Source of the DNA: Cenarchaeum sp.
GTDB lineage: Archaea; Thermoproteota; Nitrososphaeria; Nitrososphaerales; Nitrosopumilaceae
Length of the DNA: 64,000 nucleotides
Assembly (NCBI GenBank): GCA_965242695.1
Contig: CBDESU010000002.1
Span: 384,001 to 448,000, forward strand
Direction of reading: 5' to 3'
Position numbers and translations under genes: made by a program
The notes under the pieces: generated by a model
The model's input: the letters and a program-made list of their open reading frames with translations, nothing else
What the model was told of the DNA's origin: nothing
The model's database searches: none
In this document: positions 9,601 to 19,806 of the stretch, piece by piece
How positions within the stretch are numbered: the first letter of the stretch is position 1
How the letters are laid out: every line of letters starts with the position of its first letter

Positions 9601-11228
9601 ATGTCGTCGATCTCTGCATCGGAGAGCGGCCCAAGCTCGTACCTTTCGCCCCAGTCGATGGCCCCGAGGGCGCGGGAGTACTTGTAGTCGTAGCTTCGCA
9701 CGGTGACGACGGTCCTGGCGCCTGCGGCCCAGACCTGCTCGATCAGACGCTTGAACGCCCGCACGGTCCCCTCGCTGCGGACTGCCGCGTCGAGCGAGTC
9801 GAATATCACGGTCATGCCCCCCTCCTCGCCCAGCGAGTGGCGGCCGGCGAGTCCGACAAGGAGGTGGCCAGGGACAATGGACCTGTCAAGCTCTTCGGCG
9901 GACTCTATGCCGAGAAAGTCGTCGCAACGGACGAGTAGGGCCGGCCCGTGCCTGGCAAGCTCTTCGTACAGGAGGCACGACAGGACGCTCTTTCCAGAGC
10001 CCTTGTCTCCCGTTATGGCGACCCGCCCGTTGGACTCGAGCAGGCCCCTGACCGCGGCGACCTCCCTGACGCGGCGCAGGGTCGCGCCGTTGATCGTCCT
10101 AGGAATGCCCGTTGCGGCGCCGCGGCTTGCCTTGTCGAGCGGCCCCGGGTCGGCGGCATCGCCCGATTCGGCGGAGGTTGTCGGCCTCCCTGCTTCTCCC
10201 AAGCCTTTCACTTTGTCAGCGATCCTGTCCATGAGGGATCCGGGGTCACTGTCCCATTTGTTCATGAACTTGCCGGCAAGGGCGGGCAAGTTTAGTGCGA
10301 CATCGTCAGGGTCGGTTTTGTGGAAGATTACGATGATTCTGTCCTTGTAGTCACCAAGCACGATCCTTCCTATCTCCATAAGCGTGTGCCGTCCGTCATA
10401 GTATGCGGGCGTAATGACGACTATGGCATAGCGCGAACCGTCGAGCCCGGCCTTGATCTCGTCGTACATGAGGCCGCTTATCGACAGTTGGGACTCGTCG
10501 CGCCAGACGCTCAGGCCCCTGGCGACAAGCCCCGCATCAAGCTGTGCCGCAACGACCTCTCCGTCCACATGGGCGTACGATATGAACGTGTCGTAGCGGC
10601 GATCTGGTTCCATACTTTTGGGCAGCAGTGCTGCCGGGCGGCCTGCCTGCTCCGGGAGCGTTCCCGGGATCGCGCCGCTGTCGTCACCCGCGTCATGCCG
10701 CATCCGACTTGGCGGTTCGCCGCCAGCGGCAGCTGGATCGGGGCCGACCTCCGGGCCTGCGGGCGCATGCCCGGCCGGCGCGGCGCCCGGATCGGAGGGA
10801 TCCACATCTTTTGTGGGCGTTGATGTTGGGCGGCAATATTCGCCACGGTACCACTTGACGAGACGCCGGTAGCCTGCGGGTATCTCATCCTTGTCAGGTT
10901 CTGCCTGACCGCCTTCTCTAGCAGGATCATAGTCGTCGCCGTCTCTGTATAGCCTGTACCTATTGTACCTGCCGGTTTTCTCGACACGGTATAGTTTGCG
11001 GTGGGTATAACCTGCGTCAGCATTATGGTTTGCCACGCAGTATGTTGTAATGTTGCAGTCAATTGACCCGTCATTTGTGCTGCCGATTTTTTGTTCCTTG
11101 ATCATTTTACGTATATCTTCTGTAGTGAAGGTCTTGTCGACTCCTCGGTCACGGTGCAGCGTCGCAGTCGCCACCCAGACGGCAACCGGCAGGTTGTACT
11201 GGTAGGAACTACGATTCGGCACTGACAC
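6618..11228 (-). CDS. TIR-STAND NTPase with helical/HEAT-like C-terminus (Avs/NLR-like antiviral protein) and an extra N-terminal domain
   Basis: TIR motifs YDTFISYAHVD...VWRD...AIVVITPAY...TLMEI; Walker A GDKGSGKS; Walker B VIFDSLD; VVTVRSYD, LLANPLNL and YFHHAYMDY; long helical C-terminus. Confidence 0.85.
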   Translation of the reverse strand: MSVPNRSSYQYNLPVAVWVATATLHRDRGVDKTFTTEDIRKMIKEQKIGSTNDGSIDCNITTYCVANHNADAGYTHRKLYRVEKTGRYNRYRLYRDGDDYDPAREGGQAEPDKDEIPAGYRRLVKWYRGEYCRPTSTPTKDVDPSDPGAAPAGHAPAGPEVGPDPAAAGGEPPSRMRHDAGDDSGAIPGTLPEQAGRPAALLPKSMEPDRRYDTFISYAHVDGEVVAAQLDAGLVARGLSVWRDESQLSISGLMYDEIKAGLDGSRYAIVVITPAYYDGRHTLMEIGRIVLGDYKDRIIVIFHKTDPDDVALNLPALAGKFMNKWDSDPGSLMDRIADKVKGLGEAGRPTTSAESGDAADPGPLDKASRGAATGIPRTINGATLRRVREVAAVRGLLESNGRVAITGDKGSGKSVLSCLLYEELARHGPALLVRCDDFLGIESAEELDRSIVPGHLLVGLAGRHSLGEEGGMTVIFDSLDAAVRSEGTVRAFKRLIEQVWAAGARTVVTVRSYDYKYSRALGAIDWGERYELGPLSDAEIDDILGGTDSPRIPARLKGLLANPLNLSLYTLILKGSPGADLSSIRHEIGLYDAHWRHYVETGPLGPRVRNILYAAAEGMSKARRTMVPYEPDDQEAADAALSAGILRRAGAGGMIRYFHHAYMDYAMSRALLERHRPIEAYLRADEYNVFLRPTLSMALAMAHERDADEFASIVAGVAGADVKHHWKIAAVAALANMEHGKGCGACAGLAGMLSEHPILQRHFLMALAKRPDASWFRVWGEAITGWAEDPDNPNGEFIIACLEAAAAADARHHDRVFAAARALAVGNRNGRVRQRAVAMLTDIDAEGKAAWLGTMSDNADPLVRMGVAANLLRLLEAEADAVPDIFCALYTHEEPSGGEMGIGSLGMTRTIGAPAQYNDTIRWKLGKMLPRLMEVDPPAMLRAAILTAERMSRRAVPDAWSGPASGQLVDWPDPAGLSGREGSILSAAKQHVDACGDEAFSRLASLLASTRLVPFLRMRIDGMARRAPVFAGELAALLSDPQTYNPYGLRRSVGNALRQALPLLSDPQAARVYEAIAASNAPRDSTDGEMLRSERARAAFLSELPRSLLSREDARVVDRHPRPALEDAQPIAHGPIQDMLVWEGTEEPLLAVRELVEADLDRGRKIELLDSMLKALTGKDGARPDEALLSKMESFLLRSKDDPDPERDEPPPLGDSPATVQSVRGLVAECLIAILTHRKSGDALDAIRDLSDDRVNLVRSDVARSLPRMLPAHYDAARAIALSYSRDPDPRVQSFLPPALYRILRQDPASASSMIENMLAASGQAPETVAPLLLALAVELREPHAAGMLDRIADEGAFSKELRMRIPFILKERFLGTGHQDAALDLLYRMLHDPLREVRHNAAFFTLNGFDDNPDIDNREYIAKIALHLARITDLLAGAAFDLSIAEILAGFFERFWKEAPDAALAYLEGAVKDHGDAVASDPPAAESSLNALAGLLQHHSLYDSEWNRCVDVLDAFAAAGWPPALELLSEMGRRD

Positions 11229-11506
11229 GGGCCTTCAGAAAAAAATGGGCCTTATATGCTCTGTGCCATGACAGATCGCACTCAGGCGGGCATTCAGACG
11301 CCTAGCCTCCCGCGCACGCATAGACGATCTAGAAGGAGCGGGAGCGGCCACGGAGCACATCCACAGGTGTCGGGCAACCTAGCCCAAGGCAGTGTGTGGC
11401 AGATGCCGGCGGCGACATCCGGCACGCATCACCCTGCGCCCACAGTCGGCGATGCACGACGCGGCCGCCCTGCCGCGCCAGCTCCGTCCAGCCAAGCGCC
11501 AAGGCC

Positions 11507-12172
11507 TTAACATCCCGGTGGACAGGGTAGTTTGGGCCAGGCGGTCGGACGCACATGCGATCCCAAGCCCGGCCACAGCGGCGCTTGCACGCGGGAGACG
11601 CCTCCGCCCGCGGCCGGCCCGCCCCGCGCCATCCTGCGCGTCGCCGGCGAGCACTCCCGCCTTATGATGCGGGCAAGATCCTCGGCGTTGTAGCGCGACA
11701 GCACGGTGCCGGCCCAGCCAACGCACTCCTCCGGCTCGGCGCCCGGCGGCAGGCTTGCCGGCCACAGCCAGACCCACCAGACATGGCCGTCCGTGACCGC
11801 GCCGATCCATCCGCGCTCGCTCATGCCGCCGTCCGAGTAGAGCCTCTCCTGCCCCCTCTCCCCCGCCATGTACCGGCCAACCTGCTCGTACGCCGACTCG
11901 CTGCGGCCCGATCCCGTGCCCCTTTCGTACGGCCCCCTGGTGAGCCTCCCCTGCCGCTTGACCTCTATTATGACGCGCTTGTCGAGGAGGTAGAGGTCCA
12001 TCCGGTTGGGCGGGCGGATCGCGGCGCCGGCCGGCTGCTCCTCCGCCCTGATGTCGGCGTCCGGTATGCCGATCTCGTTGAGCCAGGAGCGCACGTGGTA
12101 GCTGCAGTCCGTCTCATTGCGCATGGGGCAGGACAGCAGGGGCGTCGCGGCGCGCCGTCCCCAGGCGCTCAT
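11507..12172 (-). pseudogene. PD-(D/E)xK restriction-endonuclease domain (HsdR_N/type IIG-like), probably truncated
   Basis: RMDLYL...VIIEVKR...AYEQVGRY...GAVTDGHVWWVW. No methyltransferase domain follows and the C-terminus degenerates into low complexity. Confidence 0.6.
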
Positions 12173-13123
12173 GCCGCCGCGCACGGCCCGATCCACCCCC
12201 TGCATACCCCGGTAGCGTCGTCTGTACGGACATGCAGGGTCTCTGCACACATGCGGTCCGCGGAGACAAAGCGAAAGCCCGGCAGGGGAGTCGTCTCCGC
12301 CAGGACGGCGGCCGAGCCGCACGCATCGGGGAGCGGAGGCGCCGGCCCCGCCTGCAGCGCGTTGACAACGTGCCCGTCGTCCGTCTCGAACACGAGGGAT
12401 GCCATCCTGCCGAACATTGCGGCGGCGCCAGGTGCCGCGCTGCATTCGTAGGGCAGTGGACGCCCGCCCACGACGCGGGCGATCCTGGAGCCGTTCCGCA
12501 TGCGGCGCCGCAGCCATTCCTGCTCAAGGAATCGAACAAGGCATGCGAAGGGGCGGCCGGGCGGCGCCCGTATCAGCATCCAGCCACTGCCGGGCGCCAT
12601 CTCCCGCCAGCCAGGCGAGACGAGGATCAGCACCGCATTGCCCGCGCCGCGGCGGCCGGCGGAGGCAGAGGCGGCCGGCTGGCAGCGCCGGACGTGGCGG
12701 ATCATGCCTGCCGGCCCCTCCCATTGCCCGCAAGAGCAGCACCTTGCCCGCCGTGGTGCGCAGGAACCGCCCCACGCGGCGGCGGCCCCTGCGCCGCAGC
12801 CGAGCCCCCGTGCGCCGCCCCTGTCCGCTGCGCTCCGCTCTGCTCCCGCCGAGCCGGTTCCCCGCCTGGCACGCCCCCTGCCGCTGCGCGGTGCAGGCCG
12901 GGGTGCGCCTCTTGCCATGCGGCCGCGAGCCGGCCGGCTGCATATAACGTGTTCTTGGATCCGCGGGTGTCAGCTTGGGCGCGGCGTTGCTCGCAGCGCC
13001 GGGACGGGCTGCCTCCCATGTCGACCTGAGGCGGCGATCGCGGGCGGTGGGCAGGCCCCGGGCGCGCATCACTACATGGCCGCCAGGCGGCTGTAGCGCG
13101 GCGGCCGGCGACCCGGCCGTCTA

Positions 13124-13612
13124 CTATCCCGCCCGTCCGCCTCCGCGCACGTAGCAGCCGCGGCTGTCGTCAAGATGGCTACCCGGCAAGCGCCCCTTCA
13201 GTTGGTCTATGCGGCCGTCAAGCTCCCCGATCATTGCATCGCGCACGTTCTGCGGTACGGCGCCAAACGTATGGGCGCCAGGGCCGCCTCCCGCCCTAGA
13301 CACCCATTTCTCGACAAGGCGGGGATTGCATTCAATGGCTGCGTACAGGTGCGTGTACGGACCAAGATATGGCGTGTTGTACATTTCCTGGTGGTCCACA
13401 AACACGACGTTGTTCTGGGCGGCGGCCCTAAGCGCGAGGGACGCCTCCCTGCCCCTTGAAGACAGGCCCGCATCCTCCAAGAGCTGCCCCAGCGGGATGC
13501 TGTCCACGCCTTCGACGGCGCGCCGCACGGCGGCGAGCTCCAGCAGCGTCCTGCGAAGTACGAGGGGGGAGGCATCCTCAAGCCCGTCCATGTCGGAAAA
13601 TATCGCGCCCAT
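13124..13612 (-). CDS. Hypothetical protein, paralog A of 14513-14953
   Basis: Shares LRRTLLELA, QNNVVFVDHQ and AIECNPRLVEKWVSRAGGGPGA with the paralog. A CTATATGGC box lies upstream of both copies. Confidence 0.7.
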   Translation of the reverse strand: MGAIFSDMDGLEDASPLVLRRTLLELAAVRRAVEGVDSIPLGQLLEDAGLSSRGREASLALRAAAQNNVVFVDHQEMYNTPYLGPYTHLYAAIECNPRLVEKWVSRAGGGPGAHTFGAVPQNVRDAMIGELDGRIDQLKGRLPGSHLDDSRGCYVRGGGRAG

Positions 13613-13739
13613 GAAGGGCGCGGTACAGGCCTGCCATATAGTCCGTTCGCCACAGCCAAGCGCATCTACGGCGGGGTGCATCCCTTTATTCCCACGGCCG
13701 CGGCCGGCGGCAGGCAATCCTCGCGCGCCTGCCTTCCGA

Positions 13740-14168
13740 TCAGCGGGGCAGAACGCCGTAAGGAGGCTTCAGCCTGGCCCTTGCCGTCCTTTCGATGCGC
13801 CTCCTGCGGAGGGCGCCGTCCATGTACAGGACGGCAACTGCGGGCGCGCCCTCTGCGTGGCTGCGCCAGCAGCGCTTGCGGTCGCGGGAGGCCACCCTTG
13901 TGCGGATGCCTTTGGACGTGCCCGCGTCGACGCACCCGTACTTGCGTCGGCCGCGCCGATCGCGCCGCACATCCAGCACCGCATAGACGCCAGGCGCGTC
14001 GCACAGGTCGGCCGTGGTATAGTAGGCCCCGCCAAAGAGCATCCCGGCCACATCCAGCACGCGGCCGGGCGCGGCGGGCAGACTGCGCCAGGCATGGCGG
14101 CCCATTCCGAGCGGATCCCGCTCCCAATGCCCGCAGTTGCCGCACCTTGTCCATGCGCGTTCCGCCAT
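13740..14168 (-). CDS. GIY-YIG-like nuclease domain protein
   Basis: PGVYAVLD...YGCVDAGTSKGIRTRV...RRRIE...LKPP; N-terminal CxxC; CTTATAT box upstream. Confidence 0.6.
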   Translation of the reverse strand: MAERAWTRCGNCGHWERDPLGMGRHAWRSLPAAPGRVLDVAGMLFGGAYYTTADLCDAPGVYAVLDVRRDRRGRRKYGCVDAGTSKGIRTRVASRDRKRCWRSHAEGAPAVAVLYMDGALRRRRIERTARARLKPPYGVLPR

Positions 14169-14512
14169 GCGGCTGGGAGCCCACCTGGCGCATATAAGGA
14201 TAGGTAGGATCCACGGATCCCGCTTGCGCACGGCTTCCGCCGGCGCATCCGCGGCACCCCGGATGCCGCGAGCCATCGGGGTGTCCAGGGGTGCAGGGGG
14301 CATTACGGCCGGGTTTGCGTCACGACATAGTCCGGAACCAGGGCGCGCGAAGATTGTCAGCCCACTCCCGTCCGCATAGAAGGCGACATCGGCGCGCTCC
14401 GGCGCAGGCGCGATGTGGGACAGGCGTGCGCGCGCGCGGATCCCCCCGCATGCCCTGCCTGCTCCCGCGATGCGGCGGCAGTGGCCCTGCCCGCGCGGCG
14501 GGCCGACATCGG

Positions 14513-14953
14513 TCAGGGCCGGCGCGGCAGGCGCTCCTTCAGCAGGCCGATGCGGCCGTCAAGCTCGCCGGCCATCTTGTCGCGCTTGTCCTGCGGGACG
14601 GCGTCAAACGCATAGGCGCCGGGGCCGCCCCCCGCCCGTGACACCCATTTTTCGACAAGGCGGGGATTGCACTCGATGGCCACATCGCATCCTAGGGTCA
14701 AGCCAAGAGTGAACGTGTCGTACAAGTCCTGGTGATCCACAAACACGACATTGTTTTGCGCTACCGTCCTGAGCACAAGGGATACTTCCTTGGGATCTTT
14801 CGACAGCCCCGCATCCTCCAGGAGTTGCCTCAGGGGGATGCCGCACTTGCCCCCGACGGCGCGCCGAACGGAGGCGAGCTCCAGCAGCGTCCTGCGAAGC
14901 ATGGGGGGCGGGGCCCTTTCGAGGCCGTCCATCTCGAGGAATATCGCGCCCAT
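14513..14953 (-). CDS. Hypothetical protein, paralog B of 13124-13612
   Basis: High amino-acid identity to paralog A, with synonymous changes in the conserved blocks; same upstream TATA-like box. Confidence 0.7.
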   Translation of the reverse strand: MGAIFLEMDGLERAPPPMLRRTLLELASVRRAVGGKCGIPLRQLLEDAGLSKDPKEVSLVLRTVAQNNVVFVDHQDLYDTFTLGLTLGCDVAIECNPRLVEKWVSRAGGGPGAYAFDAVPQDKRDKMAGELDGRIGLLKERLPRRP

Positions 14954-15528
14954 GCGGGGCGCGCGGCGAGCCGGCCATATAGGCTGTTCGCCTGCCGCCT
15001 AGGCGCAGGTCCGGCGGGCGGCGCGACCCTCCGCCTTCTCACGGCCCCCGCAGCGGCAGGCAGTCCGCAGCGCGCCGAGCCTGCCGCCCTGTCCGCACAT
15101 GCGGCAGGCGGCGGGTGCGGGCAGCCCGGTGGCACCTAGTCCCGGCCGCCAGACATGTCACCTTGGAGGCATCTGCGGCAGGCTCCGCCGCGGCGTCATC
15201 TGCCGCCTTGCCGCCTTCGTCCCCGGCGCGAAGTGTCGGCCGATCGCCGGCCGCCGCCGTACCGGCCGCCGCGGTTCGTGTCCGTGCGGGTACGGCGGCA
15301 GCTGAGGACCGCCGCCCCGCACGGCCTGGATCGATTCCCGTCCCGTCCCCCGGGGGCCCGCGGCAAGAACCCGCGCAGTGCCGGGCGCGGACAGGGACGT
15401 ACGCAGGCGGCGGTGGCCGGCCGCCGCCTCCAGCCCCCCAGCCGGCAGGACTGCCGCGCCCGGGGCCCCTTCCCGGCCCGGCATCCGCCCCGCATCCGCC
15501 CGCTCGAACGGCGCCGCCGCCGGGCGGG

Positions 15529-15942
15529 GCGATCGTGCCGGGCGGAGCGATCGTGCCGGGCGGAGCGATCGTGCCGGGCGGAGCGATCGTGCCGGGCGGA
15601 GCGATCGTGCCGGGCGGAGCGATCGTGCCGGGCGGAGCGATCGTGCCGGGCGGAGCGATCGTGCCGGGCGGAGCGATCGTGCCGGGCGGAGCGATCGTGC
15701 CGGGCGGAGCGATCGTGCCGGGCGGAGCGATCGTGCCGGGCGGAGCGATCGTGCCGGGCGGAGCGATCGTGCCGGGCGGAGCGATCGTGCCGGGCGGAGC
15801 GATCGTGCCGGGCGGAGCGATCGTGCCGGGCGGAGCGATCGTGCCGGGCGGAGCGATCGTGCCGGGCGGAGCGATCGTGCCGGGCGGAGCGATCGTGCCG
15901 GGCGGAGCGATCGTGCCGGGCGGAGCGATCGTGCCGGGCGGA
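15529..15942. repeat. Perfect tandem repeat, 23 x 18 bp (GCGATCGTGCCGGGCGGA)
   Basis: 414 bp equals 23 identical units with no spacers. Confidence 0.97.
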
Positions 15943-16200
15943 GCGGACGGCGTGCTGCGGCGGCGCAGGCCGTGCGCAGGGCGGCCCGCCGGTCGGGGCG
16001 ACGGGGCGCGATTGCCTGCGGCCCCCCAGCCGCATGTCGACGACCGCCCTGGCGGCCCGCCGGGCGGGACGGCGGGACGCGATCGCCCGCGGCCGGGGGC
16101 GCGGCGAGGTAGGAGTCCGAGCCCGCTTCGGGAACCGGCCCGCCGTCCCCATTCTGCACTAGGCCAGGCCGCCCTGTACGGCAGTCGGCAGCATCGCGGA

Positions 16201-17982
16201 TCACGGCGGGTTCTCGCCCCCAGTGTCACCGCCCTCGGCCGGTCCGCCGTCGCCGCCCTGCCCAAAGTGGTCCGCGGCCGCCCGCAGCGCGGACTTGATC
16301 TCGTCAGGGATGGCGCCGCTTGGCAGGCCGGCAAGCAGCTTTGCAAGATCGACCTTGTTGAAGACGTGGCCGGTTTCCTGTAGCCAGCGCTCCTCCAGCA
16401 CCGCATCCACGCGCCGGCCTTTGGCCCTCTCGGCGTCAAGATCGTCCGCGGTCAGGGAAAATTTGCATCCATGGTGCATGCACATCCCCTTGACGGCATC
16501 CATGATCGTGGCGCTCGCAAACGCGTCCTCAAAGCTCTTGTCGAAGATAAAAAAGTTTTTGTCGAGTGGGCTGTTTTTCGCCAGCTTTTTCGTGTATGAA
16601 TGCGTTTTTTCGTCGTTGTCCAAGATCACAAAAACCCTGCGCCCGTCGGCCTTGAAGTACCGGAGCAGCAACGGCAGGTGCCTGATCCTTCCCGCCCCGC
16701 CAAGGTTGAAGACAGCGGTCTTCGGCGCAAGGTCGTACCCGAGCGCCGACATGAATCTCGGGAGCGCAACATGCTCGGAATCACCCTCTACGAACAGAAT
16801 GTTTTCGTGGTGCAGCGAGTCGCTGTGAGCGACTCCCAGCTCGTGGCGGATCACGTCTAGGTTGTCGGGGCCGATCGGGGTCACGTGCGAGGACCCCTCG
16901 GACTTGGTGATCAAGAGGATGGCCTCGCCGGGACCCGCCCCCAGGAATATGGGCGAGTGCGTTTCGATGACAATCTGCAGTTGTGAGCTCGCATCCTTGA
17001 GCCTCCTCCGAACCTGCCTTTGCGCCTTTGCGTGCAGGTGGAGCTCGGGCTCGGTCAGGATGAAGGCGGTGCCCGGCCTGGCGAACAGCTGCATGGCAAG
17101 GAGAACGAGCTGCTCTTGGCCGCTGCTAAGGTCCGCGCTAGGCGTCCTTCTGCCCAGGCCCGGTTCGGCCGCCTCGAGTACCAGCTCGGAATCTTTCATG
17201 CTGGCCTCGATGCCGGAAATGGATCCGCCTGTTATTGATTCTATAAACTTGTTGAATTCAATCTTCTTTTCAAGAGGCAGGCTGTTCACCTCGTTCAAGA
17301 GGTTGCTGCCGTCGGGGGTTATGCCGTGGCTTTCGTGGGGGCTGCTGCTTTGGGGAATGCTCCTGCCCATGCCAATGTCTGAAATGCCTGAAAACATGTC
17401 CTTTATGATGCTGATGAGGGGTTTGTCGATTTCTCCAAGGAGATAATCAATCTTAGTTGAGGTTAGATGGAAGGGTTCGAGGTCGGGCAGAGCCTTGCCC
17501 ACCGTGTCGATCATGTCGATGTCCCGCCGTTGGGCGGTGTACTTTCCGTCGTCCTGCGTCACGCTTGCGAATACGTGGTAATCCGCATCCGTGAATGTCA
17601 GTGAGACGGCGTGGGTTTGGGAGGCGTTCCCGAGCGATACTTCGTACTTGAGGCGCTTGAAGAGCCATTCGCCAAGGTCGCCATGCAGAGGAGCGGCGGC
17701 GGGGGCATCTATGTGCTCCGCCATGTACTTGCGCTCGTCGTCGGACAGCTCCACTACAACGGCTAGCTTCATCTCTCTGTCCGTGTCGTTGTTGAAATAG
17801 TCCCCCGGCTCTGGCGCATAGTAGATCCCCGCAATGATGGACGAGAGCGTCTTCAGCCCGTGCAGGATGTTGGACTTGCCGGCGCTGTTCGGGCCGATCA
17901 GGCAGGTGGTCTGGCTCAGCGGTATCACGGCCTCGTCCCTAAAGCTCTTGAAGTTCTCGAGCGAGATGCTGTGCAGCCTCAA
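16201..17982 (-). CDS. OLD-family ATP-dependent nuclease (ABC ATPase + TOPRIM)
   Basis: LENFKSF, Walker A GPNSAGKS, signature LSSGQEQ, Walker B ILTEPELHLH, ETHSP, TOPRIM ILFVEGDSE and ILDND. Probable TTG start. Confidence 0.88.
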   Translation of the reverse strand: MRLHSISLENFKSFRDEAVIPLSQTTCLIGPNSAGKSNILHGLKTLSSIIAGIYYAPEPGDYFNNDTDREMKLAVVVELSDDERKYMAEHIDAPAAAPLHGDLGEWLFKRLKYEVSLGNASQTHAVSLTFTDADYHVFASVTQDDGKYTAQRRDIDMIDTVGKALPDLEPFHLTSTKIDYLLGEIDKPLISIIKDMFSGISDIGMGRSIPQSSSPHESHGITPDGSNLLNEVNSLPLEKKIEFNKFIESITGGSISGIEASMKDSELVLEAAEPGLGRRTPSADLSSGQEQLVLLAMQLFARPGTAFILTEPELHLHAKAQRQVRRRLKDASSQLQIVIETHSPIFLGAGPGEAILLITKSEGSSHVTPIGPDNLDVIRHELGVAHSDSLHHENILFVEGDSEHVALPRFMSALGYDLAPKTAVFNLGGAGRIRHLPLLLRYFKADGRRVFVILDNDEKTHSYTKKLAKNSPLDKNFFIFDKSFEDAFASATIMDAVKGMCMHHGCKFSLTADDLDAERAKGRRVDAVLEERWLQETGHVFNKVDLAKLLAGLPSGAIPDEIKSALRAAADHFGQGGDGGPAEGGDTGGENPP

Positions 17983-18409
17983 CGTACAGCACCTCCGGTG
18001 CGCGCCGGTGCGCGTATTCCACGGGCGGGGCGGGCGCCCGCGGGCGGCGGCGTACCCGTCCCGCTCAAGCGGCGGTTCCAAGCCGCGCGCGACAGGCGGG
18101 GCGCGCAGCCCCGATGTCCGATGCGGCGGCGTACCAAGCACACAGCCGGCCCGCGCGCCGAGGGATGGCCCCTTCCCGTGCCGCCCCCTCTGCGCGGCCG
18201 CTGCGGCCCACCGCCCGCCGGCCGAGGCGGCCTTGCCCCCGCCCCTGCGGGCGCCGCATCGCACGGGCATGCGGGGCCCCGCACCCTGCCGCCGCCCGCG
18301 GTATGGCGCGATCGGGACAGGACATGGGCGGGGCTGGCCATCTGCCCGAGCGGCCCGCGGGTCGCCCCGGAACCGCCACCAGCGCTACGAGGGGCGAATG
18401 TCCTGGGCC

Positions 18410-19096
18410 TCATGGCCTGAGCTCCCTCCTGATTGCGCCAAATGCCGCCTGTGCTGATCCCAGCGGGTCTCGGACGGCGCGATTTGCCATGTGCTTGGCC
18501 AACTCGTACTCCCTCTTAATGCGCAGCGTAAACGCGCGCTCCCGGCGCGACCGCCAGCCCAAGCCCTCCCATGCGCTGACCAGCAGGTTCCCGTACTCCT
18601 CCGCCCTAGCTGCGCTGACCATGTGGTACGTGTTGCGCATCGTCACCGGAACTCCGTCCAGTATAAGCGCGCCGCCGGGCGCACAGCACCTAGCGCACGC
18701 CCTAACCAGCCTTTTCTGTTCGTGGGGTAATGCAAACCGCATGAGCCGGGCGCACAGCACAATGTCGAACTTCTCGTCAATTCGGGCATCTTCAATGTTG
18801 CCCTCGTAGAATCCGTCTAGGTTGCGCCTCGCCTCCCTGGCGACTTCCGGCGCCAGATCTATGCCGGACATACTTACTTTCAGCCCCGCTTCGAGCAGCT
18901 TTTCCTTTAGATGCGCGGCGGCCTCCCCGTCGGAGCACCCCACATCCAGTATGCGGATCGTGGCCCCTGCGATGCCATGGGCGCGCTCCCTTACCAGCTC
19001 GAACATGTCGCTGCTGCCGTCATACCGCCAGCAATAGTCCGTGTACCGCGTCCGGCACGTGCGGGTTGGGTGCCACCGGTACGGCTTGTCCGTCAT
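18410..19096 (-). CDS. Class I SAM-dependent methyltransferase
   Basis: ILDVGCSDGE, GIDLAP, FDIVLC, APGGALIL; CTTATAT box upstream of ATG 19096. Confidence 0.8.
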   Translation of the reverse strand: MTDKPYRWHPTRTCRTRYTDYCWRYDGSSDMFELVRERAHGIAGATIRILDVGCSDGEAAAHLKEKLLEAGLKVSMSGIDLAPEVAREARRNLDGFYEGNIEDARIDEKFDIVLCARLMRFALPHEQKRLVRACARCCAPGGALILDGVPVTMRNTYHMVSAARAEEYGNLLVSAWEGLGWRSRRERAFTLRIKREYELAKHMANRAVRDPLGSAQAAFGAIRRELRP

Positions 19097-19806
19097 GTAC
19101 GCTTGGCGGGTCAAAGTACGGCATATAAGCATTATCACGCCAGCTGGCAGGTGTCGAGCCAGCCGCAGGGGCGGGGGCGGCGGCGCGCGGCCCGGCGGGA
19201 TCGGGCATCGCAGATGGGTCGGAGCCGGGCTGGGCAGAGACGCGGCGGCGGGCGCTCGGCCGGGCAGAGCGATGCCCGTGCGGCGTGGCCTGCGCCAGGG
19301 AGCGTTCCGGACGGTGCGGCTGGCGCGGATGCGTCCCGGCCGCAGCAGGGTGACCAAGGAGACAGGCGGCAAGAGGCAGCTGAGCTGCGGACATACGGAG
19401 GACGCCCACGGCCCGCATGGCGCGCGCCGGCGTGCGGTGCGCTCTTGGGCCCTCGGGCAGGCGCCCCCCTTAGGCATGCGAGACGCCGCAACGGGGTGCG
19501 GCTGCTCCCCCTTGCATCCCGCCTCTGCATTCCGGCCGCCCGCTACCCCGCCTAGCTGCGGGCGGAGAGGAGCAGGGCGGGCTAGGGAAAGGCGTATGAG
19601 CGCGCTGGCGCAGTCGTGGCACCTGCGAGGGGCGCCCGCGTTGCCAGACAGTTTTTTGTCGGCATGCGGCCTTGTCGTGCCGAGCCCGGTACGGCATGGC
19701 TTGCAGTGCCAAGCGGCGATGCAGGGTGTGCGGTCGCGCCGGTCGCGCCGGCCCCGGCGGCGCGCCGGCCCCGGCGGCGCGCGGATCGCGGGGCGCAAGG
19801 CGCCTG

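Noticed and set aside
13320-14760. Diversity-generating retroelement TR/VR pair in the paralogs
   Set aside because: The differences are not restricted to adenines, both copies are full genes, and no reverse transcriptase is seen.
15529-15942. Possible CRISPR array
   Set aside because: The units are contiguous with no unique spacers, and no cas genes are present in the window.
16201-17982. Gabija (GajA)
   Set aside because: No adjacent UvrD-like GajB gene; kept as a standalone OLD-family nuclease.
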